Assembly (NCBI GenBank): GCA_963796275.1
Contig: CAWCKY010000003.1
Location: 320,001-384,000 of the forward strand
From: an uncultured Acidobacteriota bacterium
GTDB lineage: Bacteria; Acidobacteriota; Blastocatellia; RBC074
Direction: 5' to 3'
Length of the DNA stretch: 64,000 nucleotides
Below are positions 28,545-38,760 of this stretch, piece after piece (within the stretch, counting starts at the first letter, position 1; every line of letters starts with the position of its first letter). The translations under genes and the position numbers were made by a program. The notes under the pieces are model-generated. The model searched no databases, had not been told where the DNA came from, and worked only from the letters and a program-made list of their open reading frames with translations.

Positions 28545-29252
28545 ATGATGAAATCTACAGTTGAGCAAATCCGGGAGCGCTTCGATCGCGACGTCGAACG
28601 CTTCTCGAACCTGGAGACCGGGCAATCTGCCACGGTGGACGCACCGATCACCTTGGATCTGATCGCTAGCGTGGCGGCGGTGAGCACACCATCCGCAACT
28701 CATCTACTAGACATCGGATGCGGCGCCGGCAACTACGCGCTGAAGATTCTGCAGAACCTGCCGAACCTCAACATCACTCTCGTTGACCTGAGCAGGCCAA
28801 TGCTCGACCGCGCTGTCGAGCGAGTGCGCCCGGTGACAGAGGGCGAGATCAAGACGGCGCAGGGTGACATACGTGAACTCGACCTCGGCGAATCGCAGTT
28901 CGACATCATCGTTGCAGCGGCCGTGTTTCACCACTTGCGAGAAGATAGCGAGTGGTCGAGCGTCTTTCGCAAATGCCATCGCGCACTGAAGCCGGGAGGG
29001 GCGATTTGGATATCCGATCTCGTGGCGCATCCGAACCCGGATGTGCAAGCCGTGATGTGGGCGCGATACGGAGCATATCTGGAGCATTTGCGCGGGCCTG
29101 AGTATAGAGAGCACGTGTTCGACTACATCGAGCAGGAGGACACGCCGCGATCGGTGACTTATCAAGTCGACCTGCTGCGCGCGGTCGGCTTCCGGGAAGT
29201 GGAGATTTTGCACAAGAACGGTTGCTTCGCCGCCTTTGGCGCCATCAAGTGA
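28545..29252 (+). CDS. Class I SAM-dependent methyltransferase (CmoA-like)
   Basis: LLDIGCGAGNY, LVDLSRPML, FDIIVAAAVFHHL, LKPGG. Confidence 0.9.
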   Translation: MMKSTVEQIRERFDRDVERFSNLETGQSATVDAPITLDLIASVAAVSTPSATHLLDIGCGAGNYALKILQNLPNLNITLVDLSRPMLDRAVERVRPVTEGEIKTAQGDIRELDLGESQFDIIVAAAVFHHLREDSEWSSVFRKCHRALKPGGAIWISDLVAHPNPDVQAVMWARYGAYLEHLRGPEYREHVFDYIEQEDTPRSVTYQVDLLRAVGFREVEILHKNGCFAAFGAIK

Positions 29253-29262
29253 CGGAGCCAAT

Positions 29263-30285
29263 ATGCGCATTCTCGTGATCGGCGGGACGGGGTTCATCGG
29301 TGCTCGTGTGCTGCGCCATCTGCATGTCGAAGGACATGAGGTGATGGTCTTCCATCGCGGGCAGACGGAGACTTGATTGCTGCCGACAGTCCAAAACATC
29401 TCGGGTAACCGGCAAGCATTGCCATCGTTCGCCGCGGAGTTCCGGCGATTCTCGCCACAGGTGGCGCTCGATGTCATTCCCTATTCGGAACAGGACGCGC
29501 TGACGCTGATGCAGACCATGCGTGGGATTACCGACCGCGTGGTGGCGCTCAGCAGTCAGGATGTCTACCGCGCTTATGGCATCTTCACACGGCTCGAGGA
29601 GGGATTACTCGAACCTACGCCATACGATGAGAACGCGCCGCTGCGATCGCGCCTCTATCCATATCGCGCACTCGCCCTGGGGCCCGATGAATTGAGCTAT
29701 CACTACGAGAAGATTCTGGTCGAACGGGCAGTGATGAATGAGCCGGATTTGCCCGGGACGATCTTGCGCCTGCCACAAGTATATGGCCCTGGTGACTCGC
29801 ATCATCGTCTGTTCGACTATTTGAAACGGATGGATGATGGCCGGCAATGGATTCTGTTAGGCGATACGCAGTGCGAGTGGCGCTGGACGCGCGGTTATGT
29901 CGAGAACGTCGCGGCGGCGATTGCGCTGGCTGTGACGGATGAGCGGGCGGCCGGGGGAATTTACAATGTGGGCGAACCAAAAGCGTTGAGCGAAGCGGAA
30001 TGGGTGCGAGTTGTAGGTGATACCGCCGGATGGAATGGCGCGATCGTTGCAATGCCAGAAGAGATACTGCCGGCGCATCTGGCCTCACCATATAATTGGC
30101 GGCAATCGCTGGCGGCGGAGACGAGCCGAATCAGAACAGAGCTGGGTTATCAAGAGAAGATTCCACCCGAGGAGGCACAACAGAAGGCTGTGGAATGGGA
30201 GCGGGCCAATCCGCCGGTGGAGATTGATGCAAAGCGTTTCGACTATGCTGCCGAGGATTTGGCGCTATCGAGGTTAATCGACTGA
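29263..30285 (+). pseudogene. NAD-dependent epimerase/dehydratase with in-frame TGA at 29374
   Basis: MRILVIGGTGFIG from 29263 is in frame with ORF 29377-30285 (YEKILVE, LPQVYGPGD); a single stop lies between them. Confidence 0.85.
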
Positions 30286-30778
30286 AGAGTACGTGAATAA
30301 TCCAGGGTCCCGCCTGGTTGTGATTAGTCGGCGCCAGAGATCAGGATGAAACTTTTTTGCAGATTCAGCGTTCTATGTCCACAATGGCTGGCGATCTGAT
30401 CTATGAAGTGCACAGTATCCGCCTGCGACCGGAATGAGTCCATCATAAAATAGGTAAGTAATCGGTAGAGGTTGAATCTCAAATAGCTTAACTTGATGCC
30501 GTTAAATGCATAAATCAAAAGTTTCTCACTTACCCTGACATTATTTTTGTCATGTTTCGCCAAATTCTTTCACTTCTCAGTGAAAGAAGATACCGGTCGA
30601 TATTATAAACTTCCGGTCCTGTCTCTAGCGCTACACAGCCGAGTTATGAATCGTTAAAACACTCGCCACCCCTCAGCGCAGAGCCTTATATCAAATAAAA
30701 GCGAATGTCTTCGCTGGAATACCTTTCAAGGAAGCGAGCGCGAAGTTTGCGCTGGCGTAAGGAAGGAGTGCGCGGAGG

Positions 30779-32095
30779 GTGCAAGCGGCAGCACGATTAA
30801 ATGATCCGATAGCTCATACCAGCGCGATGGAGGGATTGATCGGGGGAGCGATAGCCGGCGCCGTAATAGGCGCAGGACTGATGGTTGGTGCTGCGCTCAT
30901 TATCGGGACAGGCGGATTGGCAGCACCGGCCTTGATCGGCGCAGCGCTCGCCGGTGCAGCAATGGGCGCGTGGGTCGGCGAGTTCGCAGGATCGCTTTCA
31001 TTCTTCAACAACGAAACTGGGAATATCGCCACTGGATCGCCCGACATCTTCGTCAATTTCAAGCCGCTGGCGCGGGCGATAGCAGACACGGGGAAATGCA
31101 ATAAAGACGGACCAGAGCCGACACAGATCGCGACAGGCTCGAGTAACGTATTCATCAACGGATTCCCGGCGGCCCGAGTCGATGACAAGCTGATTTGCGG
31201 AAGCTTTATCGTCGAAGGCAGTCCCAATGTCTTCATTGGCGGGGGACAGGTAACGTTCAAGACTGTTGAGGAAGAAGTGCCGTGGTGGCTTCACGGCATA
31301 GTGATGGGTGGCGGAATAGCGGGGGCTTTGTTACTGGGCGGGTGGGCGGTGATTCCGGGCATGGTGGGCGGGTTTGCCGCAGGCTATGTGGGTGGCGGAG
31401 TGATGGGATGGGTGGGACGACAAGCAGGGGATTGGTTGAGTGAAAAGGTTGGCGGGACGCCATCGGATTGGGAGAAGGCGGGTGCGTTCGTGGGGCAGGC
31501 GGTAGGCGGGTGGCTTGGAGCGAAGGGTGGGCCGAAGGCATCGGAATTAGCCAGGCGGATCGAGGTCGAGCCGAACACGCTGGGGATGAATGGTGGTAAC
31601 ATTCGTATCCCACCTCGGCAGAGGCCGTTGAAAACTAAAGAGATGCAACGTGCTTACAAAGGTGAGGAAATACCGGATAATCCGAACAACTGGCTTGGGG
31701 GAAGTAGCACGGTCGAATACCTTAACGAGGCTGGGAGGGCAGAGAAACTTTTGACCGTCAAGGATGGAAAGCTCTACGGCGCCGATGGAAAATTATTTGA
31801 CACATCAGAGGCCTCGGCTATTTTCAGTGATAGGGCAATATACGTTATGGACGAGAATGGAAACTTTTATGCATCTCTTAGACAAGAGCGTGGTGTATTT
31901 CATCATTCCAGCATTCTTGCAGGGAAGCCGGTCGCCGGGGCAGGCGAGATTGAAGTCGCCAGAGGAGAAATTCAATATATCAATCGCAGCAGTGGACACT
32001 ATCGACCTACTCCAGAAATGTTGCAACAAACAGTCGACGAACTCAGAGTGAAAGGCTTGCGATTCGGAGATTGGGTAATCGATGATGGTTTTTGA
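30779..32095 (+). CDS. PAAR-domain polymorphic toxin with TM linker and HSS...SGHYxP C-terminal domain
   Basis: AARLNDPIAH, GSPDIFVN..PLARA, GSSNVFINGFPAARVDD..CG..GSPNVFIGG, LGMNGGNI pre-toxin-like motif, FHHSSILAGKPVAGAGE...SSGHYRP. Confidence 0.88.
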   Translation: MQAAARLNDPIAHTSAMEGLIGGAIAGAVIGAGLMVGAALIIGTGGLAAPALIGAALAGAAMGAWVGEFAGSLSFFNNETGNIATGSPDIFVNFKPLARAIADTGKCNKDGPEPTQIATGSSNVFINGFPAARVDDKLICGSFIVEGSPNVFIGGGQVTFKTVEEEVPWWLHGIVMGGGIAGALLLGGWAVIPGMVGGFAAGYVGGGVMGWVGRQAGDWLSEKVGGTPSDWEKAGAFVGQAVGGWLGAKGGPKASELARRIEVEPNTLGMNGGNIRIPPRQRPLKTKEMQRAYKGEEIPDNPNNWLGGSSTVEYLNEAGRAEKLLTVKDGKLYGADGKLFDTSEASAIFSDRAIYVMDENGNFYASLRQERGVFHHSSILAGKPVAGAGEIEVARGEIQYINRSSGHYRPTPEMLQQTVDELRVKGLRFGDWVIDDGF

Positions 32096-32122
32096 AGCAG
32101 AAGCGAGATAGGAGAAGATGAT

Positions 32123-32713
32123 ATGTTAGAAGATCTACACGACTGCATGGCAAATATCTGCTTTTGGGCGATGTATGAAAAGACCATCGATCGCGCAACG
32201 GACCGCATTCTTGGTAAATACATATACGACCCCATCAGCAGAGTGTCTCCGAAGGAGCGGGTGAGACAAATACATGAAGCGCTTGCAAGCAATGAAAAGT
32301 TGAGCGAAAGCGATATAGGTGTACCTCAAGACTACAGATGGTCAGAGGAAGCATTTCGAGAGCTATTAACTCAATTAGTCGATCGGATCGAATTTTATGA
32401 GTCGAACGGATTACCTAAAATTCAAGATGTCAGCAAGCTGACCGAAAGACTAGAAAAGTTGCGCCCTCTAGTGCAACCCCTAGCGGAGACAACCACGTTA
32501 TCCGCTGCCATCAAAAAATTTGAGGAAAAAGTGCTGCCCAATCTCGGTGATTACAACGCTCGTATGGATACTAGGGAATTACTCCGCAATGTATTATGGT
32601 TTGATACTAGCAAAATCCTACCAGTGTTTTTTACTCCAGATGTTACTGATTCTACATTTCGAGAATATTTACGAAATATCGCCTGGAAAATAGAGGATGC
32701 TAGAAGATCTTAG
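32123..32713 (+). CDS. Probable cognate immunity protein (internally duplicated)
   Basis: Immediately downstream of the toxin, lower GC; repeated SEEAFRELLTQLVDRIE / TDSTFREYLRNIAWKIE. Confidence 0.65.
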   Translation: MLEDLHDCMANICFWAMYEKTIDRATDRILGKYIYDPISRVSPKERVRQIHEALASNEKLSESDIGVPQDYRWSEEAFRELLTQLVDRIEFYESNGLPKIQDVSKLTERLEKLRPLVQPLAETTTLSAAIKKFEEKVLPNLGDYNARMDTRELLRNVLWFDTSKILPVFFTPDVTDSTFREYLRNIAWKIEDARRS

Positions 32714-32928
32714 ATAGTTATAGCTGAAGCCATATCAGGCGATATCATTTAATTGCATCGAGTAATCGCATCGAGATCATCCTGGTAGACCGCATGGATA
32801 TTAACCCCCTCTCCCTATTCCAGACCGGGATAAACAGATATGCACTTGCCTCTCAAACGCCGATTGCGTTTAATTGGCTCGCCAAATCAGGCGAAATGCA
32901 CGCAACAAAACTTTGAGGGCCAGGGAAA

Positions 32929-34353
32929 ATGAGCGAATATTTCATCTCCGGAGAACGCGGAACGAAGAGCACGAGCTCCATTTTGCTCGACGACACAAGC
33001 AGCGGGGGCAAAACGAGCGCAAGCGAAAAGAGCTACAGATATAAGAAACGCGGGTTCATATGGCTGGCGGCGACGCTGATGTTGGTCTCTTCTTACTCAT
33101 TCGTCACGCTATCCCAGACGACCGAAAAGAAAGAGACGCCCAAGCGCGTCGCCATCAAAGCCGGGCGAATGTTCGATGCTAAAACCGGCGCAGTCGCGAA
33201 CGGCGCGGTCATCCTGATCGAAGGCGATAAGATCACCGCCGCCGGCCCCGACGTGAGCCTTCCAGCTGGAGCCGAGGTCATTGACCTGAAAGGGATGACA
33301 ATCCTGCCGGGCCTGATCGATTGCCACACGCATATCACGGCGCAGCCGGGCAATTATTACGAAGACAAATTCCGCAGAAGCCCGATCGACGTTGCCGTTA
33401 CCGCTCATGTTTACGCGCGCCGCACGCTTGAAGCCGGCTTTACGACCGTGCGCGACGTGGGCGCAGGCGAATTTATCGACGTGGCGCTGCGCAACGCCAT
33501 CAACAGTGGTGACGTAGTTGGCCCTCGAATGCAGGTCGCTACACTCACCGTGGGTGCGACCGGCGGGCACGGCGACACCACTGGCTTTTCGCCTTATCTG
33601 AAATTTGGCAGTTTCTCAGGCCTCGCCGACGGCGTTGACGAAATTCGCAAGCTGATCCGCTTCGAGGTCAAATACGGCGCCGATCTGATCAAGATGATCG
33701 CGACGGCTGGCGTGCTATCAGAAGAAGAGTCGGTCGGGGCGCCACAATTTTCGCAAGAGGAGATGAACGCCATAGTCGAGGAGGCAAAGATGTGGGGCAA
33801 GCGCGTCGCCGCTCACGCTCACGGCCCAGAAGGCATCAAGCGAGCCGTTCGAGCCGGAGTGACCTCGATCGAACACGGCAGCCTGATCGACGACGAAGGC
33901 ATCAGGATGATGAAAGAGCGCGGAACTTATCTGGTCGCCGACATATATAACGACGATTATATTCTGGCTGAATTCTCAAAGCTCGGCTATCCCGCCAAGA
34001 TCATCGAAAAAGAGCGATTGGTCGGTCGCACACAGCGCGAGAATTTCCAGAAGGCTGCTAAAGCCGGAGTGAGGATCGCTTTCGGCACGGACGCCGGAGT
34101 CTATCCGCACGGTTGGAATGCCAAACAATTCGCCCATATGGTCAAGTGGGGATTGACACCGGCGCAAGCAATTCAGGCGGCGACGGTAAACGCGGCTGAT
34201 CTGCTCGGCTGGAATGACAAGATCGGGGTAATTGCACCCGGCACCTTCGCCGACCTCATCGCGGTTGACGGCGATCCGCTGAAAGACGTGACCGAGCTCG
34301 AGCGGGTGAAGTTCGTGATGAAAGGTGGAAGAGTATATAAAGCAGCAAGGTAA
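32929..34353 (+). CDS. Amidohydrolase family (Xaa-Pro dipeptidase-like)
   Basis: PGLIDCHTH, GFTTVRDVG, AAHAHG, SIEHG, FGTDAG, ADLIAVDGDPL. Confidence 0.92.
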   Translation: MSEYFISGERGTKSTSSILLDDTSSGGKTSASEKSYRYKKRGFIWLAATLMLVSSYSFVTLSQTTEKKETPKRVAIKAGRMFDAKTGAVANGAVILIEGDKITAAGPDVSLPAGAEVIDLKGMTILPGLIDCHTHITAQPGNYYEDKFRRSPIDVAVTAHVYARRTLEAGFTTVRDVGAGEFIDVALRNAINSGDVVGPRMQVATLTVGATGGHGDTTGFSPYLKFGSFSGLADGVDEIRKLIRFEVKYGADLIKMIATAGVLSEEESVGAPQFSQEEMNAIVEEAKMWGKRVAAHAHGPEGIKRAVRAGVTSIEHGSLIDDEGIRMMKERGTYLVADIYNDDYILAEFSKLGYPAKIIEKERLVGRTQRENFQKAAKAGVRIAFGTDAGVYPHGWNAKQFAHMVKWGLTPAQAIQAATVNAADLLGWNDKIGVIAPGTFADLIAVDGDPLKDVTELERVKFVMKGGRVYKAAR

Positions 34354-34533
34354 CATCTTCGCGTGCGCGTATGGGTGAATGCGCTTCGGCAAATACGCCG
34401 GCTCCCTATGGCCATCGGGGTTTGCCGATCCTACAGTGATAAGCCCAATGACGAAAATCGGACTTCTCAAACTGTTTTTTTCGTTCTTGTGCAAGAAGCA
34501 ATACTTATCAACGAGTATTTGCGTGAGTGTAAT

Positions 34534-35382
34534 ATGAATGAAGATAGGGATGTCCAGGGAATTATAAGTTTGCAGAGCATACCGGCAGATCCTGACTCTC
34601 CGGCCGGTGGTGGAGGTCCAGGTCGGTTCCGTATGCCTGGACCACTCGGCGCTGATATGCGGTCACCGATTTACCCGGCAGACCGGATTGAGTCAGCATA
34701 TCAAATATCTTCATCGGCGAGGGCGCCCAGGCTTTCATTCAGCCAGTGGGCGGAAAAGAAGATGTGGGATCTGTACAAAGATCATGCCCATGAAGTTGGG
34801 TCGCATTATGCCGGTGATCGAACGGGTAAACAGGCAACAGATTGTATAACCTATATTAAACACGTACTGATGTACGCTTATGGAAAGATTGGTAAGCGAG
34901 ACGTTGCGGATCAGATTCTGAAAATTTGGCAGGATACAAGAAGTGGCACTGATCTGGGAAAATATCTCGTGAGCATCGACTGGCACGCCTATTACTGGAA
35001 CCCCGATGTCAGGCTCTCGAAAGACGGACAATCCGAACATCCGAGTAGCTACAAAAACATGGTAAAAAAGACTGGTTTGTACTACGGGATCCCGATTAAC
35101 GGATGTATCATCAACTATAACCCTACGCCGGGATCAGCCACTAACCAATCTAAAAAAATGGGCGCATTCGAAAGATTCTCGCGGGTAAGGTTTGCCTATG
35201 CAATTGCCAGGGGGGGACTTCATACCTTCATGTGTTCTTACGGCATGGTGTTTGAAGTCCATTGGGACGAAATCGGAGAAAAATTGTATGAGACATCAGC
35301 GTTCTATTACTATCAATATCTATCTGGATTAGTATTCATTCCACCGGATACGAACTTTGAAGCCGACCCCGTCGATGGGTAG
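34534..35382 (+). CDS. Hypothetical protein, possible Cys-His (papain/NlpC-like) hydrolase
   Basis: ATDCITYIKHVL, YYWNPD, GGLHTFM, VFEVHW; lower GC than flanks. Confidence 0.55.
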   Translation: MNEDRDVQGIISLQSIPADPDSPAGGGGPGRFRMPGPLGADMRSPIYPADRIESAYQISSSARAPRLSFSQWAEKKMWDLYKDHAHEVGSHYAGDRTGKQATDCITYIKHVLMYAYGKIGKRDVADQILKIWQDTRSGTDLGKYLVSIDWHAYYWNPDVRLSKDGQSEHPSSYKNMVKKTGLYYGIPINGCIINYNPTPGSATNQSKKMGAFERFSRVRFAYAIARGGLHTFMCSYGMVFEVHWDEIGEKLYETSAFYYYQYLSGLVFIPPDTNFEADPVDG

Positions 35383-35398
35383 GTCGATAGGTAGATTG

Positions 35399-35887
35399 AT
35401 GAAGATAATGAGAATGAAATCTTATGGTTTGAGTTTCTGGTCTTGCTGCCTACTGATATTGCTCGGATGCCAGCAGCGCGATGATTATTTCAAGCGCCAG
35501 GAAGAGGCGCTTACCTCCTGGGGCTATCGAATCCAGAAGCAACCCGATGCCGCGCCAACGGAATGGGAAAAAAAGATGTTCAACCTGGAGCAGAAGAGAA
35601 GCATTTATGCCAAGAGTGTCACCCCGGTACCCGGATCTACTGATACCTATTACCGCTACACGCTGACCGAAGAGCAGTATCCGGATAAGGAAAAAGCAAA
35701 GCATAGGCTGGACCATCTCTTCGAGAAACCGCCGGATTTCGACATGCAGAACATGTACAGCTTTACATTACGGAAAGGATATCAGCGTCATAACTTCGTA
35801 TTTGTGATTGGAACAGATGCAGCAATGTTTGAAAGCGAGATGCATAAGGTGGCAGAGAAGCTTCAGTCGATTACAGAGGGACACTGA
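35399..35887 (+). CDS. Hypothetical lipoprotein
   Basis: Basic N-terminus, hydrophobic stretch and lipobox LLGC. Confidence 0.65.
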   Translation: MKIMRMKSYGLSFWSCCLLILLGCQQRDDYFKRQEEALTSWGYRIQKQPDAAPTEWEKKMFNLEQKRSIYAKSVTPVPGSTDTYYRYTLTEEQYPDKEKAKHRLDHLFEKPPDFDMQNMYSFTLRKGYQRHNFVFVIGTDAAMFESEMHKVAEKLQSITEGH

Positions 35888-35951
35888 TTGCCTGAGAGGG
35901 GCATGGCTCAACTGGCGACAAGCATATCCAATGTAGCAGATACTCAAATCC

Positions 35952-37184
35952 TCACGAGAAGGCGGGTATGAATTTCAAACAGACTGGTGTCGGTACCTCG
36001 GTCACCAGCCCTGCCGGCTTCAGTTTTCCGCTCTTTTGATCTATCAGGAACGTCACAACCGTATCACTATTTTGATTCGCGGCGAGCAAAAACGCTCCAG
36101 TCGGATCGATCCCGAAATTACGCGGCGTTTTGCCTTGGGTTGATTCGTGGGCGAGGTAATTGAGGTTGCCTGTGCGTTCGTCAATTGTGAAAGCGACGAT
36201 GCTATCGTGGCCGCGGTTTGAGCCATAAAGAAATTTACCCGATGGATGTACATGCAGATCTGCGCAGCTGTTCTTACCCTGAAACCCTTCCGGCAGAGTC
36301 GACACTGTTTGCCGTTCTTTCAGTACGCCTCTGGAATTGTCGTAAGCAAATGCGGTCAAACTTGAGTCGAGCTCGTTGATGAGGTAAGCGTATTTTCCGT
36401 CGGGGTGAATGATGAAGTGACGCGGACCCGCCCCAGGTTTGGTCGGTGCAAACGGAGTTGAGTTAGGCGTAAGTTTTCCCGTCTTTCCATCGAAACGATA
36501 GATCATTACCTTGTCGATCCCGAGATCGGCGGCGAAGGCATACCTGCCCGACCGGTCGAGTACGATGCAATGTGCGTGAGGCCCTTCCTGACGGCTGGGA
36601 TCTTTGCCCCTACCCTGGTGTTGAACTACATCTGCCGATTCTCCCAAACTGCCATCGCTTTTAATCGGCAGGACGGCCAGGCTGCCGCTGCTGTAATTAG
36701 CTACCAGCACAAATTTTCCAGATGGATCGACAGTGATGTAACAGGGCGATGTTCCCTGCGAAGCTTGCTGATTCAGCTTTCTCAATTCTCCTGAACTCTG
36801 ATCGATTGCAAATGCCGTCACCGCGCCTGTCGGTTTCCCCGAGAATTCGGCGACTTCATTGACTGCATAAAGATGCGTATGGTTCGCGTCGATGGCCAGA
36901 TACGACGGATTGACGATGTCCCGTGCGATGCCCAGAGGTTTCAACTCCCCCGAGGACCGATTCATGCGATAAAGGTAGATGCCCTCGCTATTTCCGCTGG
37001 TGTATGTGCCAACATATAAAATCAAATCCTGTGTTGAAAAGCCCAGAGCCTTTTTGTCGATTGGCAGTGAAAGTGTGAGCCCTGCCAATCCGGCAGCTTT
37101 GATCAATTCGCGTCGAGAATAGCTTCTATTTGAATGCGACGCATCCTTATTCGATTTGAGAGAATATGGTTTGTTGTATTTCAA
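35952..37184 (-). CDS. Lactonase (6-phosphogluconolactonase-like beta-propeller), Tat signal
   Basis: SRRELIK, YVGTYT, NPSYL, ANYSSG, PHAH, DLGID, GAGPRH, SNRGHDS, GKTPRNF. Confidence 0.9.
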   Translation of the reverse strand: MKYNKPYSLKSNKDASHSNRSYSRRELIKAAGLAGLTLSLPIDKKALGFSTQDLILYVGTYTSGNSEGIYLYRMNRSSGELKPLGIARDIVNPSYLAIDANHTHLYAVNEVAEFSGKPTGAVTAFAIDQSSGELRKLNQQASQGTSPCYITVDPSGKFVLVANYSSGSLAVLPIKSDGSLGESADVVQHQGRGKDPSRQEGPHAHCIVLDRSGRYAFAADLGIDKVMIYRFDGKTGKLTPNSTPFAPTKPGAGPRHFIIHPDGKYAYLINELDSSLTAFAYDNSRGVLKERQTVSTLPEGFQGKNSCADLHVHPSGKFLYGSNRGHDSIVAFTIDERTGNLNYLAHESTQGKTPRNFGIDPTGAFLLAANQNSDTVVTFLIDQKSGKLKPAGLVTEVPTPVCLKFIPAFS

Positions 37185-37226
37185 TAGAGTTCACCTGTCG
37201 GTCTTAATTTGCTTACTATCTCCGCA

Positions 37227-38591
37227 TCAAATCAAATCCCAGGGTTTGCGAGCCTGTCGCCCAAGTAACTTCGACGCCTCCGGTTCGCCCGCGAAATTTT
37301 CTTTAGCAGCATCCCAATGTAATTTTCTCCCGGTCTTGTATGCGATGTTGCCGAGGTGTGGCACGATCGTCGATCGGTGGCCGATCTCTACATCGGCATT
37401 GGGCGTCTGGCGCGATCGCACGCATTCGATGAAGTTCTTTACATGCAAATCTGTGGCATCTTTTGAAGAGATTCTCTTCGCTTCCATGCGATGACCTGTG
37501 ATCGGCGCATTCAAGTCCTGTGAGCCGTCTTTACGTGCGATGGCTTTCCGCTCAGGGTAAATCTCGAAGCCGATCCGATCGGCGATCAACGTTCCGTTTG
37601 TGCCGTAGTAGGCTTCGCCGTGAGGCCGGTCGTCTTTGTCGCGCATCTGGTAATAAGACATACCCGGCGTGCGGCCTCCCATCCCGTGCGCGTTGATATT
37701 GCAGGCCTCATAGCTCAGGATGAATCCCTCGTATTCGTAGGTTACCTGCAGCACATCAGGCATCTCGCCTGAATCTTTCAAAAAGAACCGGCCGCCTGAA
37801 GCCGAGACCGTCTTCGGTGCATCGACGCCCATAATCTGATGCACAGTGTCGAAGCGATGAGTACCGAAGTCTGTGATAGATCCTCCGGCATAATCCCAGA
37901 ACCAGCGAAAGGTCCGCAGGAAACGGCTTTTATTGAATGGCCGCATGGGTGCCGGACCGAGATACATGTCCCAATTGAGCCCTTCCGGCACCGGCGAATC
38001 AGGGGGCTTGCCTATGCCGTTTGGCGTCATGTTGCTGTAGTTCCAGACGCGCACGAATCGTACTTCACCCAGTTCCCCGGATTGAACGATCCGCTGCACC
38101 TCACGGTAATGTGGCGCCGATCGATGTTGCACGCCCGCCTGCACTATGCGGTTGTATTGCCGCGCAGCCTTCACCATCGCGCGTCCTTCTTCGACGTTGT
38201 GCGCGAGCGGTTTTTCGACGTAAACGTCTTTGCCGGCCTGACACGCCAGAATAGTCGGGATCGCGTGCCAATGGTCGGGCGTTGCGATGTGCACGGCGTC
38301 GAGCTCTTTCTGTTCGAGCAGTTTTCTGAAATCTTGATAAATGCGTGATGACGGCCCGGCCCATACCTTGGCAGCACTGGCATTCGGTTCATAAACATCG
38401 CAGACGGCTCCATATTCCGCGCCGGGAACTTCGCGCATCTGCCGTGCCACCCCCATTCCGCGGCCCCCGCATCCGATCAGACCGATGATCACGCGGTCAT
38501 TCGCTCCCCGTATCCTATTGGCGGATAGAGCGGTGGTCGAGATGACCGCCGTCTGTTGAAGTGTCTGTTTGATGAACTCGCGCCGCTTCAT
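37227..38591 (-). CDS. Gfo/Idh/MocA oxidoreductase, Tat signal
   Basis: KRREFIK, IGCGGRG, ATPDHWH, DVYVEKP, WDMYLGPAP. Confidence 0.92.
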   Translation of the reverse strand: MKRREFIKQTLQQTAVISTTALSANRIRGANDRVIIGLIGCGGRGMGVARQMREVPGAEYGAVCDVYEPNASAAKVWAGPSSRIYQDFRKLLEQKELDAVHIATPDHWHAIPTILACQAGKDVYVEKPLAHNVEEGRAMVKAARQYNRIVQAGVQHRSAPHYREVQRIVQSGELGEVRFVRVWNYSNMTPNGIGKPPDSPVPEGLNWDMYLGPAPMRPFNKSRFLRTFRWFWDYAGGSITDFGTHRFDTVHQIMGVDAPKTVSASGGRFFLKDSGEMPDVLQVTYEYEGFILSYEACNINAHGMGGRTPGMSYYQMRDKDDRPHGEAYYGTNGTLIADRIGFEIYPERKAIARKDGSQDLNAPITGHRMEAKRISSKDATDLHVKNFIECVRSRQTPNADVEIGHRSTIVPHLGNIAYKTGRKLHWDAAKENFAGEPEASKLLGRQARKPWDLI

Positions 38592-38641
38592 CGTTTCACT
38601 CCGTTTCTGACTTTTTTAGTCTTTGGTGGTTTAAGGGAGAA

Positions 38642-38733
38642 GAGAAAATGCGAAATATAGAAAAATAACGAAACATACCAAGTATTTTAGGCATTCGTAT
38701 GTCTCGTTATTTTTCTATGTTTCGTATTTTCCC
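38642..38733. repeat. Long AT-rich imperfect inverted repeat
   Basis: aaaatgcgaaatatagaaaaataacgaaacatac ... gtatgtctcgttatttttctatgtttcgtatttt. Confidence 0.75.
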
Positions 38734-38760
38734 TTATATTTCCTGATGCAGGATCATCTT

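Noticed and set aside
29374-29376. Selenocysteine or programmed readthrough at the in-frame TGA
   Set aside because: It falls in a variable loop after HRG, not a known Cys site, and no convincing SECIS is seen; more likely a nonsense mutation or read error.
30324-30563. 79-aa ORF upstream of the PAAR gene
   Set aside because: AT-rich, no motif or clear RBS; cannot be supported.
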